Origin: Halobacteriovoraceae bacterium
Lineage (GTDB): Bacteria; Bdellovibrionota; Bacteriovoracia; Bacteriovoracales; Bacteriovoracaceae
Direction: 5' to 3'
DNA: 64,000 nucleotides
NCBI GenBank assembly: GCA_963719505.1
Contig: CAVRCF010000005.1
Span: forward strand, 1,184,001 to 1,248,000
Of this stretch, positions 1 through 9,391 are shown piece by piece. The notes under the pieces were generated by a model, which was given only the letters and a program-made list of their open reading frames with translations, did no database searches and was not told the DNA's origin. The position numbers and the translations under genes are program-made. The first letter of the stretch is position 1, and every line of letters begins with the position of its first letter.

Positions 1-963
1 TATGTTTTTCTCTGGCCCTCTTGGGTCCATGGTATAAATCATCGCCTTCCCACTTCTTCCAGATAAAAAGGTTAGAAGATCACCAGCTTTGTTTATATGC
101 GGATCAACATCATCTAAAAAGTGAGTTGTTATTTTAGTTCTTTTTTTCGTCGCCAAATTTATTTTATAAATATCAGCATTTTTTGTCAGAGTCAGTGTCA
201 GATAAATATCTTTACCATCATCACTAAAAACGGCACCTGAGTTCATTCCATCAAGCTCAGAAATAAGCGTGGTCTTCTTTGTCGCTAAGTCCATGATATA
301 AAGGTTTAAATTTTTTACTTTATGAGGAGTTCCTCTTGAAGATTTTTTCCACTTACTTTCAATAACAGAATACATAAGCTTTGTGTTATCTGGTGACAAC
401 GCGGGTGAGATGATAAGAGAGTTTGTATAAGTCAGCCTCTGTTTTCTTCTGCCATCAAAATCCATGATATAGAGTTCTTTTTTAGTATTTCTTCCGTTAC
501 TCGTTCTATCGGATACAAAAACAATTTTACTGTTAAAAATGGATTTGTTCCCTGTCATACTTTCGTAAATTTTATCAGAAACCCTATGAGCTGTAGAAAT
601 TGTATTTTTATCGTCGATTGGAATTGAAAGACTTGAGCTTCTCGCGGAGTCAATCGTATTTACGACTTCAACTTTTACATTTTTGAAGTCATCAAAAATG
701 ATACCGACTTTATAGCTTGCACTGCCAAGAGTTGGAACCTCAAGTGAGTACTTGTGTTTATAGAAGGCGAAATCTTCTTTTATAATATTGTAGATCTCTT
801 TAATGTCTGATGCTTGTCGTGGGTTCGTTTTAAAACCAATTTTAGGTTTTGAAAAATCAATCGTTTCTTTTTCTACCTCTGCCTCACCTACTGCAACAAC
901 AGTCAGCGACTCCTGGGCATACAGGTTAAAGATAAATAAGAATGTGAGTAAAATAGCTTTCAT
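1..963 (-). CDS. tolB: Tol-Pal system periplasmic beta-propeller protein TolB (3' end runs off window)
   Basis: Not in ORF track. ATG at 963 (-) gives MKAILLTFLFIFNLYAQ signal peptide, then KIVFVSDR, ELYIMDFDG..QRLT and ISPALSPD PD40-type repeats. Directly downstream of tolQRA. Confidence 0.9.
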   Translation of the reverse strand, partial: MKAILLTFLFIFNLYAQESLTVVAVGEAEVEKETIDFSKPKIGFKTNPRQASDIKEIYNIIKEDFAFYKHKYSLEVPTLGSASYKVGIIFDDFKNVKVEVVNTIDSARSSSLSIPIDDKNTISTAHRVSDKIYESMTGNKSIFNSKIVFVSDRTSNGRNTKKELYIMDFDGRRKQRLTYTNSLIISPALSPDNTKLMYSVIESKWKKSSRGTPHKVKNLNLYIMDLATKKTTLISELDGMNSGAVFSDDGKDIYLTLTLTKNADIYKINLATKKRTKITTHFLDDVDPHINKAGDLLTFLSGRSGKAMIYTMDPRGPEKNI

Positions 964-978
964 AATTTTTTCCTTTTC

Positions 979-1782
979 TTACAGCGGGAATCCAAGAACA
1001 ACTGCTCCAGATGCTAGTCTTGCTGTAATTTCACTTTGAGGTTGTGGGAAAGAGCTTACCTGTTTTAATGAGTTTAATGCCTTTTGATCAAATTCATTAT
1101 TTCCACTCGATTCATATATTTCGGTATTAAGTATTTTTCCATTGCTTGCAATAAAGACTCTAATTCGACACTGTAGACCTTGATCCATAAGATAGCTTGG
1201 TAACTTCCAATAAGGCCTTACCATATTGGGAAGTGCAGACACATAGTCATTAAACATAGTCTTCTCAACCGCTAAGCTATCACCAACAGTACTGGTTCCA
1301 GCGCTAACTTTATTTCCTTCAAGAATGAGTTGTTGCAATTCTTTTTTACTTTTTGAATCCAGCTCCCCAGATTTTTTACCTTTTTTTACTTTCACTTTTT
1401 TCTCATTTTTACTGAGATTCGATAAAAGGTTTTTAAGGTTGACCTTGGGCTCTTTCTTCTCAATGACAATATCATCAGGTTTAATGATATCTTCTTTTGC
1501 TTTCTCTTTTACTTCTTCACCTTTTTGCTCAACGACAGGTTCACTGACTTTCATTTTTTTTAACTCTTGCACGGTGAATTTTGGCATCGCCACGACATCA
1601 ATTCGCACACTCGACTGAATGATCTTTAAATCTTTAGGATCATTTTCAATTTTGAATATATCGAGATCCATGACTTTTGAAATACCGAAACCAAGGGCAA
1701 GAAGAAGAATATGAAAAGCTACCGCCAGACCAAAGTACCGATTAAAGCGATCTTCATGAATAGGACTTAGACTCAATTCCAT
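979..1782 (-). CDS. tolA: TolA/TonB-family energy transducer
   Basis: N-terminal TM with His (AVAFHILL), Lys/Glu-rich linker, TonB_C-like C-terminus (ESSGNNEFDQKAL). Lies between tolR and tolB. Confidence 0.8.
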   Translation of the reverse strand: MELSLSPIHEDRFNRYFGLAVAFHILLLALGFGISKVMDLDIFKIENDPKDLKIIQSSVRIDVVAMPKFTVQELKKMKVSEPVVEQKGEEVKEKAKEDIIKPDDIVIEKKEPKVNLKNLLSNLSKNEKKVKVKKGKKSGELDSKSKKELQQLILEGNKVSAGTSTVGDSLAVEKTMFNDYVSALPNMVRPYWKLPSYLMDQGLQCRIRVFIASNGKILNTEIYESSGNNEFDQKALNSLKQVSSFPQPQSEITARLASGAVVLGFPL

Positions 1783-2196
1783 CTATTTTTTTTCAATCTC
1801 CGTAACAAGGGCAATATTGGAAATTCCCGTTGTTTTTAAAAGTGAAACAAGCTTTGCTACCTTTCCGTACTCTAAAGAATAGTCAGCTCTTATATACAAA
1901 ACTTCTGTTTTAAACTCTTGGAGCTGCGCCATAACATTTTTTGCAAGATCTTCTCGCTTAATCTGTTCATCCCCAAGAAATAAATCTCCAGCTGGACTTA
2001 CCGACAAAATGACCTGTTTTTTAGTAAGCTTTAGATTGTCTACCTTTTTTGTTTTAGGAAGTTTGAGGTTGATTCCACTAAACATTAAAGGCGCACTTAT
2101 CATAAAGATGACAAGTAAAACTAAAACGACATCAACAAAAGGGGTAACGTTAATATCTGAAATGGGACCTTTATTTTTACTAAGTTTAAAAGCCAT
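1783..2196 (-). CDS. tolR: TolR/ExbD biopolymer transport protein
   Basis: INVTPFVDVVLVLLVIFM motif; YIRAD..L.YG.V. Confidence 0.9.
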   Translation of the reverse strand: MAFKLSKNKGPISDINVTPFVDVVLVLLVIFMISAPLMFSGINLKLPKTKKVDNLKLTKKQVILSVSPAGDLFLGDEQIKREDLAKNVMAQLQEFKTEVLYIRADYSLEYGKVAKLVSLLKTTGISNIALVTEIEKK

Positions 2197-2198
2197 GA

Positions 2199-2921
2199 CT
2201 ACTCCTTAATTGATTCAGTTGAATCCACTGTCAGCGTGCTTCGCTCGATCATGTTTAAAAAGTCCTGTCCAAAAGCTTCCATTTCACTATTTTGTTTCAA
2301 AATTCTATTTGTATAAATATTAAAAAACCAGTTCGCCGGTATGGCAGCCGCTAGACCTACAGCTGTGGCGACGAGAGCTTCCGCAATCCCAGGAGCAACG
2401 GCTTCAATACTTCCTCCACCAGATGCTAGACCTGTAAAGGAGTTGATAATTCCCCAAACCGTCCCAAAGAGTCCTACGAAAGGAGCCACAGAAGAAATAC
2501 TTGCAAGGGTTTCTAGTCTTTTTTCTAAAACTTGATTAGAGATACTCGCCCCTTGCGCTAAACTTCTCTCAATTGCACCAATCCCATACTCTCTAATATA
2601 GCTTTGAATTTTTTCTTTTTGACCAGAGTTACTAAGTTTCTCTTTGATTTTTACAAGCTCTAAATATCCTTTTTGGAACATAAGACTTAGACTTGAATTA
2701 GTGTAAACTTTTGATTGTTCAAAGATATCCTCAAGAGAGCTAGAGGCTTCAAAAAAATTAGTAAATTTCTGATTCTCGTCCTGAATTTTTTGAAACGTTT
2801 TTTTCTTTTGAAAGACGATGGCCCAAGAAAGTATTGAGGCAACAACTAATAAGATCAAAACGATCTTAACGACGATACCAGAGTTTAAAAGTATAAGTAG
2901 GATGTTCATTTCACCGTGCAT
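2199..2921 (-). CDS. tolQ: TolQ/ExbB proton channel protein
   Basis: APFVGLFGTVWGI and VAPGIAEALVATAVGL..AIPA motifs. Confidence 0.92.
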   Translation of the reverse strand: MHGEMNILLILLNSGIVVKIVLILLVVASILSWAIVFQKKKTFQKIQDENQKFTNFFEASSSLEDIFEQSKVYTNSSLSLMFQKGYLELVKIKEKLSNSGQKEKIQSYIREYGIGAIERSLAQGASISNQVLEKRLETLASISSVAPFVGLFGTVWGIINSFTGLASGGGSIEAVAPGIAEALVATAVGLAAAIPANWFFNIYTNRILKQNSEMEAFGQDFLNMIERSTLTVDSTESIKE

Positions 2922-2986
2922 AAAATCTCCAAGTTAATTGTTTCTAATTATCTTAGTGATATTAAATTCCGTCAACTTACGGCAGA

Positions 2987-3826
2987 TTAAGCAGGATTTT
3001 TTGGCCCTGTTTTAAAATAGTAGACTATACCGATCAACCAAATCCCAGCAATTCCTAAGTGAGGTAAAGTTTTATTATACTGATAAACTGAGTGGGCATT
3101 CTCCCACACCAGATCAAAACCTAAAATACTCGATAAAGGTCCGATAACAACACAGCAATAGAGAATGATATTCATTATATTTTTTCTTTCTTTGAATAAA
3201 AGCAGTAAAAGAGTCAAGAAGTGTAAAATAATTAAAAAGAAAAAATTATCTACATGAGGCAATGTCACCTTGGTCGTCACAATAAAAATGACTAGGATAG
3301 AAAAAATTAATAGTGAGTTCTTTTGTCTTGAGAATGAGACGACATTTCTGAGAAGAATATTAATGACAAGGAGATCGCACAAATAAAAGAGAATAGACCC
3401 TATAAAAGAAGTCATAACATAGAGGGAGGACTTCTCATTAAACTCTATCCCCTTTCCAAATTGTAAAATAAGAGCAAATAAGAAAATCGAAAGAAAAATA
3501 AGAAGGACCATTGCACTAAAACTTGGTCTCCAGCGATTTGTCTTGAGGATGGTAAAAAGATTGGTGATGATATAGTTATTAAGCTTTAGCGCCTTGATAA
3601 TAATAACACTGGCAAATATCTTGGAAACGATTATTAATTCCCACGCATTTGTAAAAAGCCAATTTTCAATAATGTGCATATCGTGATCAATTAAAAAATG
3701 GAAGAAGGAACCAATTGAGACGAGTGACAGATGCATCAGAAAAAAAATAAAACAATAACCCAAGTAATAAGCGATAACGCGTCTAAAACCAATGGGAAGA
3801 TCGAAGTCTGAAGTCTGCTTATTCAT
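2987..3826 (-). CDS. Polytopic membrane protein, hypothetical (loosely CPBP/Abi-like)
   Basis: About 8 hydrophobic segments; 2-nt gap to the upstream gene; no catalytic EExxxR motif seen. Confidence 0.7.
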   Translation of the reverse strand: MNKQTSDFDLPIGFRRVIAYYLGYCFIFFLMHLSLVSIGSFFHFLIDHDMHIIENWLFTNAWELIIVSKIFASVIIIKALKLNNYIITNLFTILKTNRWRPSFSAMVLLIFLSIFLFALILQFGKGIEFNEKSSLYVMTSFIGSILFYLCDLLVINILLRNVVSFSRQKNSLLIFSILVIFIVTTKVTLPHVDNFFFLIILHFLTLLLLLFKERKNIMNIILYCCVVIGPLSSILGFDLVWENAHSVYQYNKTLPHLGIAGIWLIGIVYYFKTGPKNPA

Positions 3827-3828
3827 TA

Positions 3829-4734
3829 TTAAAGAATTTTCTTTTTTGGACTAAGCCACTTAATCTGTAGTTCTGGTGAGGGATAAATCTTTGTATAATC
3901 TTTATAAAGGAGATTATCCTTCACAAGTTCATCTATTTTTCCCAATAGTTTCATATAAACCATTCTCAGCGTCTGATCCGAACTCAACACTGTATCCATA
4001 AGCTTGGTCGTGGCATACTGCTGCTGGAAGGTAAATCCATCAGAGAAAAGGATTCTGGTGTATTCTTTAGAAAGATCATCTATGCTTTGCTTTTTAGGCT
4101 TAGAACCTTTGAAACTGGTTCCAATAAAAGAGGTGTCTTTTTTAATATTAGCCTTAAAATACCCTTGATCTATTCTGTGCATATCTTCTAAGAACAAAAG
4201 AGCAATATCAACCTTTGTGAGGTCTAGAGTTCTCATAAAGGGTAATGAGATTAGGAAAAAGTATTCGTCTTTATCTCCTGGAAGAGCTGCATGAGTAATA
4301 TTAGGAGTATTGACGATTAAAATTTTTATTTTTCTATTATAATAACCAATTTGCTCCAACAGTCGTCTAAAAGCTGAAGCTATTCCATATTTTGGCTTTG
4401 AAAAATCCCACTGCAAAACTTGGGCATTTTTTACGAGCCAATACTCTGACATAAAAGACCAAAAATCTTCTGAGTTTGGATAGTTATACTTTGCGGATTC
4501 AATCTCATTTTTTACTTTTTTAATTTGAGCAACTTCTTTACTTTTTTTCGTTTTAAATTTATTCAAGCCGTCTTTTTCTAAAACACTTTTTATACTGGAA
4601 TAATCCATCAAGCTTTGCTCTTTCTCTTCCTGCAGAAGTTTTACTTTTGGCTGCTTACGAATAGAATCAGACAGGGCATTAACTTCTTGGGCCATAACTT
4701 GAAAAGAGAAAATCAAAAGAAAAAGAACTTTCAT
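3829..4734 (-). CDS. Secreted hypothetical protein, possibly a degenerate M48 (BepA/HtpX-like) fold
   Basis: Signal peptide; NITHAALPG / DIALLFLEDMHR / IYPSPELQI align by eye with M48 motifs, but HExxH is missing. Confidence 0.65.
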   Translation of the reverse strand: MKVLFLLIFSFQVMAQEVNALSDSIRKQPKVKLLQEEKEQSLMDYSSIKSVLEKDGLNKFKTKKSKEVAQIKKVKNEIESAKYNYPNSEDFWSFMSEYWLVKNAQVLQWDFSKPKYGIASAFRRLLEQIGYYNRKIKILIVNTPNITHAALPGDKDEYFFLISLPFMRTLDLTKVDIALLFLEDMHRIDQGYFKANIKKDTSFIGTSFKGSKPKKQSIDDLSKEYTRILFSDGFTFQQQYATTKLMDTVLSSDQTLRMVYMKLLGKIDELVKDNLLYKDYTKIYPSPELQIKWLSPKKKIL

Positions 4735-5135
4735 TGCGCTTTTGACTCCTCTAGAAGGTATTGATCATTTAAGCGTCCCCAGTAATACATATCCGTTAGA
4801 TCTAGATTTAAATTGAGATAGAAATTAGGATATTTTTCTTGAAAACATTCAGGTCTTTTTGCGTCTAAAAATTCACTCTGGATAAACCCTCTGTCATCTC
4901 CCACTTTTGCATAGACCCACCCCGCAGGCGCTGATCGTTCACTATCGTCTAAAACCTTCACAGGATAGGCACATTGAATTGTTGTTAAACTTGAACTTCC
5001 TCTACTTGGATTCTTGTGGAGATGACCCAGAAAGTTTTTAAAGTATAAGCTACCTACTACTTTCTCTAGAGCAAGACCTTGAAAACTGCTAAGAAGAAGG
5101 AGGGTGAGGATTAGTTTACTCACTAGACCTTCCAC
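4731..5135 (-). CDS. Small secreted protein, SH3b-like
   Basis: Signal peptide; GWVYAKVGDDRGFIQSEFL resembles the bacterial SH3 C-terminal motif; ATGA overlap with next gene. Confidence 0.6.
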   Translation of the reverse strand: MEGLVSKLILTLLLLSSFQGLALEKVVGSLYFKNFLGHLHKNPSRGSSSLTTIQCAYPVKVLDDSERSAPAGWVYAKVGDDRGFIQSEFLDAKRPECFQEKYPNFYLNLNLDLTDMYYWGRLNDQYLLEESKAQ

Positions 5136-6352
5136 CTAAACTGGATTGTCTCCCAGTTGTGACACTGAGGACAACGCCAAAAAATGGCATCTGAATCGTA
5201 GCCACATTGGGAGCAAAAGTGTCTCGTTAGGGTGTTGTTTAAAGACAATAAGAGAGTTTTAGTTTGTGATAAAGCTTCAGTTTCCTTATTAACTTCTATC
5301 AGAAGCTTGATATACTCAATTTTTAAGACATCTCCACCATTTGGATTTTCTTGCATCCATTTTGATAAAAGCTCAAAAGCTTCACTAATTCTATTTTCCG
5401 CTTTTAAAAGTCTTATTTGGGATAATATGATGGAAGGAGAACTCTCCTTGGACCAATCCCCCACTTCTAAGAAGTAACTCTTAAGAGTCTGAAGTCTATT
5501 GTAGAAGTCCTGCTTGCCCTCTTCATTTAAGTACTCGTCGAGAGAAACAAAGATAAAGGAGGCATACATTGGATGCTCTTTGATAAGTTCTATAAGAAGG
5601 GACTTAGCATCGTCCATTTTATTTTGAACAATAAAAAGTTTTAACTTTAGGATCTTAGCGGAAACAGATGGAGCAAAACGAAACGCATCGTCAAGGTCTT
5701 CCATACAGGCTTTATAGTCTCCGCTTTCAAACTGAGTCTTAGCTTTCTCAACGAGAATATGAGATATCGTTTCGCTTTGATTTTCATGTCCGACTTTAGA
5801 GAGCATAATTCTATAATTGTAAGCCAGGTCCCACTCTCCGATATCTTCATAGATACGACAAAGTGATTGGATAACTTCATATTGATCTCTATTAATTTTT
5901 AAAACATCTTTATAAGTTTCAATGGCTTTATCAATAAAGCCACCTTTGTCAAAGTCTATAGCGAGTTCTTTCAGAGCTTTTAAGCGACTTGACTCGCTAA
6001 TGTTTTCTCTGGCGATAAGAGAGCGATGAATACTTATGGCTTTATCGATCTCTCCATTTGAACGAAAGAGTCCTCCAAGAGCAAAATAGGTATCCAGAGT
6101 TTCTCTGTTGAGGTCAACTGCATTTAGAAATTCTTTGATGGCGAGATCTTTGTTACCAGAGATAAGGTATTGAGTCGCATTTAAAAAGATTTTTGATTGC
6201 GCTTCAAAAATACTATCGCGGTACTTCTTTGAAAGTTTAACTCCATGCTCTTTTTCAATAATATAGTGATAAATAAAAACGAGAGTTATGATCACCGCTA
6301 TAACAGCAAGAAGATGGTCTCTTAGGAATGTTGTAAAAAAAACTAAATCCAA
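5123..6352 (-). CDS. lapB: LPS assembly protein B-like (N-terminal TM, TPR repeats, C-terminal rubredoxin-type Zn ribbon)
   Basis: ALGGLFRSNGEIDKAISIHRSL TPR signature and CSQCGY..FWRCPQCHNWET. Confidence 0.85.
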   Translation of the reverse strand: MDLVFFTTFLRDHLLAVIAVIITLVFIYHYIIEKEHGVKLSKKYRDSIFEAQSKIFLNATQYLISGNKDLAIKEFLNAVDLNRETLDTYFALGGLFRSNGEIDKAISIHRSLIARENISESSRLKALKELAIDFDKGGFIDKAIETYKDVLKINRDQYEVIQSLCRIYEDIGEWDLAYNYRIMLSKVGHENQSETISHILVEKAKTQFESGDYKACMEDLDDAFRFAPSVSAKILKLKLFIVQNKMDDAKSLLIELIKEHPMYASFIFVSLDEYLNEEGKQDFYNRLQTLKSYFLEVGDWSKESSPSIILSQIRLLKAENRISEAFELLSKWMQENPNGGDVLKIEYIKLLIEVNKETEALSQTKTLLLSLNNTLTRHFCSQCGYDSDAIFWRCPQCHNWETIQFRWKV

Positions 6353-6359
6353 AATCTAC

Positions 6360-7283
6360 CTAGGGGTTAAACATCATTAGAGGAACAAAATTATTTCGGA
6401 GCTTAAAGCTAAAATCTTCTACTGTTTGCTCAAGACCTTGAAGCATTTCTAGAAAGTTTGTATCTTTCTTAACTTTTATAATTTTCATTCCAAACTTTTC
6501 TTTAAGCTTTAATTCAGCGTGAATAGATCTTCCTGCTTTATAAAGACCACCCAATTCGTCCACAAGTCCTCTCTCAAGAGCACCCTGGCCTGAAAAGATT
6601 TGACCTTGAGCATACTTTCTAAGTCCTTCCATTCCGCCGATTATTTTCTTTTCTCTGACTTTAAAAATATCCATAATGAACTGCTCGTGAACTTCTGCCG
6701 TCATCTCTGTGAGAAGTAATCTCTCTTCATCAGTCATTTTTCTTGCTGCATTTCCAATATCTTTGTACTTTCCTGATTTAATAATCTGAGGATCAAGCTT
6801 TGCCCAGTCGTACAGTCTTCGAAGATTCATAAAATTCATAATAACACCGATCGATCCTGTCATCGCGCCAGCGTTAGAATAAATTTTTCTACAGGCCGCT
6901 CCAATATAGTAACCACCCGAAGCTGCTACTGAACCAAATGATGCGTAGACGGGTTTCTTCTTATCAATTCTTAGAATCTCTTCATAAATTTCTTGAGTTG
7001 GACCAACTGCTCCGCCTGGAGAATTGACTCTGAGAATAATTGCTTTGTACTTATCTTCTTTTTCAGCAATGAGAAGTTTCTTTACCGTCACTGCTGGATC
7101 CATTATCACACCGTCGACTTCAATAACTGCGATTGGTGTATCTCCATCGTCAAAAGCTCCTGCGAGTTTTGATGTACTTTTTAAACTTGAAACAGTGTAG
7201 AAGGCAAAAACTAAAAACAGCACAAACAAAAATGCTATTAAAATGAAGATTCCTACTATTCCCTTTGAGCGATCTTTCGACAC
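6360..7283 (-). CDS. sppA: Signal peptide peptidase SppA (S49, short form)
   Basis: LRVNSPGG, AASGGYYI, TGSIGV, KSGKYKD motifs. Confidence 0.92.
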   Translation of the reverse strand: MSKDRSKGIVGIFILIAFLFVLFLVFAFYTVSSLKSTSKLAGAFDDGDTPIAVIEVDGVIMDPAVTVKKLLIAEKEDKYKAIILRVNSPGGAVGPTQEIYEEILRIDKKKPVYASFGSVAASGGYYIGAACRKIYSNAGAMTGSIGVIMNFMNLRRLYDWAKLDPQIIKSGKYKDIGNAARKMTDEERLLLTEMTAEVHEQFIMDIFKVREKKIIGGMEGLRKYAQGQIFSGQGALERGLVDELGGLYKAGRSIHAELKLKEKFGMKIIKVKKDTNFLEMLQGLEQTVEDFSFKLRNNFVPLMMFNP

Positions 7284-7421
7284 TTTATTCTCCTTGAGTT
7301 CTTCTTGAACATAAATCTTGAAATTCCTAATAGTATAAACAACTTAGGAAACTTTTAGAAGGTTTTAATTTTCTTACCAGAGTATATCACTCGGGCAAAA
7401 ACATAAATACGTCAGATAGAT

Positions 7422-7449
7422 TAAAGCTGGAGTTAAAAACTTTCGATAA
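7422..7449 (+). promoter_or_regulatory. Putative sigma28 (FliA)-type promoter
   Basis: TAAAGCTG-N12-TTCGATAA upstream of the ORF at 7487. Confidence 0.55.
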
Positions 7450-7486
7450 AGAAGGCAACACAAGAATTTTGTGTGATGGAGATATT

Positions 7487-7777
7487 ATGAAAAACTTAAT
7501 TCTAATTTTAACTCTTTGTGTTATGGCAAAAGTAAGCTTTGCTGAACCGACGAATCCGAATCTCAATGCAGATTTAGATTTTCGATTTGATTCACAATAC
7601 TCGGAGCCTGAATCTGAAAGAGGTGTAGCCAACACAAAGCCAGAAGTTGATAAGCCTATTCCATCAATGGATAAAAAGGGCAATGTCAGAATGAAGGATT
7701 CGGAAAGAGATATCGCCTCTGATGAAGAGGTCTTTGAAAAAGTTAACGACAGTGGAATTCAGTACTGGAAATATTAA
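7487..7777 (+). CDS. Small secreted acidic hypothetical protein
   Basis: GGAG SD before ATG 7487; MKNLILILTLCVMAKVSFA signal peptide; aromatic C-terminus IQYWKY. Confidence 0.75.
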   Translation: MKNLILILTLCVMAKVSFAEPTNPNLNADLDFRFDSQYSEPESERGVANTKPEVDKPIPSMDKKGNVRMKDSERDIASDEEVFEKVNDSGIQYWKY

Positions 7778-7794
7778 TGACATCAAGAGATCTG

Positions 7795-8922
7795 CTAAAG
7801 ACTAGCGATCTCTTGAACCTTCTGCTCAATTGAGACTATCTCAATCTGATTATCCCAAGTGTTGAGCTTTTCATATTCGGTTTTGAGTTGACCGCAGGCA
7901 GCCAAAATATCATCCCCCTTAGTTGCCCTTACCGTACAAGTAAATCCCTTCTTACACATTTGATCCATAAACCATAAAATTCTTTTCGTGCTAGGCCTTT
8001 TGTAATTACTGCCGGGATACTCATTGAAAGGAATAAGATTTATTTTTGATTCTTTTTGATACAAAAGTTCAGAAAGAGCTTGGACATCTTTGGGTTGATC
8101 ATTAAGCCCTTCAATCAGAAGATACTCATAAGTAATTCTACGATGAGCTTTAAGAGGAATCTCTTTTATCGCCTCAAACAAACGCTTTATATCGTAGACC
8201 TTGTTAATTGGCATCAGCTCTGTTCGGACATCGTCTTGAGCTGAATGTAGAGAGATCGCGATATTGACTGGTGGAAAGTCACCAAGCATTTTAATTTTGG
8301 GAACAAGACCGGAAGTTGAAAGTGTAATCCTTCTTTGTCCTAAACCAAAAGCCCTATCATTTAAAAAATTAATCGTCGCATTTTTAACATTTTCATAATT
8401 ATGAAGTGGCTCGCCTTGCCCCATATAAACGATGTTCGTAATTTTTTCATCTGCGTGAACATTCTCTCGAAGCCAGATGCTTAGGGATAAAAATTGTCCC
8501 GTCACCTCACCTGTTGTCAGGTGTCTTTTGAAACCCTGAGTTCCAGTATGGCAAAACGTACATCCAATAGCACAACCAACTTGGCTAGAAATACATTGAG
8601 TTAATCTATTTCTTGCAGGAATTAAAACAGTCTCTACTGTCTGCTTATCCTTTAACTGAACGAGAAACTTTCTCGTTCCATCAGTACTTTTTGCATGCCA
8701 GATTACCTTTGGCAGATCAAGATCCATTGTCTCGACGATGAAGGCTTTGCACTTTTTTGAAACATTGGTCCACATCTCAGGATCGATTTCCTTTTTCTTG
8801 TAGAGCCAGTCAAATATTTGAGAGGCTGAGAATTTAGAATACCCGTGGTCAAGAAGATGGGCTTCAAGTGACTCTTGAGTAAAATCAAAAAGGTTCGGAC
8901 GTTTTGTAGCTTTCATGGCCAC
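7795..8922 (-). CDS. rlmN: 23S rRNA/tRNA C2-methyltransferase RlmN (radical SAM)
   Basis: CISSQVGCAIGCTFCHTG, MGQGEP, ISLHS, NLIPFN, DILAACGQL. Confidence 0.95.
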   Translation of the reverse strand: MAMKATKRPNLFDFTQESLEAHLLDHGYSKFSASQIFDWLYKKKEIDPEMWTNVSKKCKAFIVETMDLDLPKVIWHAKSTDGTRKFLVQLKDKQTVETVLIPARNRLTQCISSQVGCAIGCTFCHTGTQGFKRHLTTGEVTGQFLSLSIWLRENVHADEKITNIVYMGQGEPLHNYENVKNATINFLNDRAFGLGQRRITLSTSGLVPKIKMLGDFPPVNIAISLHSAQDDVRTELMPINKVYDIKRLFEAIKEIPLKAHRRITYEYLLIEGLNDQPKDVQALSELLYQKESKINLIPFNEYPGSNYKRPSTKRILWFMDQMCKKGFTCTVRATKGDDILAACGQLKTEYEKLNTWDNQIEIVSIEQKVQEIASL

Positions 8923-9012
8923 AAGGTTTATAATGGTTGGAGCACTTGGTCAATGGTAATCTGTTGAAATTATAAAAATGATAGAGTGTAAGTCATTAAT
9001 TTTTCAAGGAAT

Positions 9013-9384
9013 CTAGTTAAAGAACTTGGTAAACATATTCTTCTTTTTGTTTCCGATCTCTGAGTTTTGAACATTAGTCCCATAGCGGCGAAATATCTCT
9101 CTAAACTGTTCTGTATCAAGGCAGGAATCAACCCCAATATTATAGTCTTCAATGGATAAGATATAACCCTCGGGAGCATCAGTTTCGGCTAGTACATCGA
9201 CGACAAATCGTCCAATTTCATCAATGCTTGAAAAATATAAGCCGTCTTCACTTCCAGGCTTTTTGAACTCACCATAAACAACATCAACAATCTTTTTTGC
9301 AACAGGCCCAACTTCATTGAAAAGTTGAATAATCTCATAAGTATTATTTTCAAATTTATAGAGAATATTAATTTCTTTTTGCAT
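9013..9384 (-). CDS. Hypothetical protein
   Basis: 123-aa ORF with AAGGA SD, 7 nt downstream of the preceding gene. Confidence 0.7.
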   Translation of the reverse strand: MQKEINILYKFENNTYEIIQLFNEVGPVAKKIVDVVYGEFKKPGSEDGLYFSSIDEIGRFVVDVLAETDAPEGYILSIEDYNIGVDSCLDTEQFREIFRRYGTNVQNSEIGNKKKNMFTKFFN

Positions 9385-9391
9385 CTAATCC

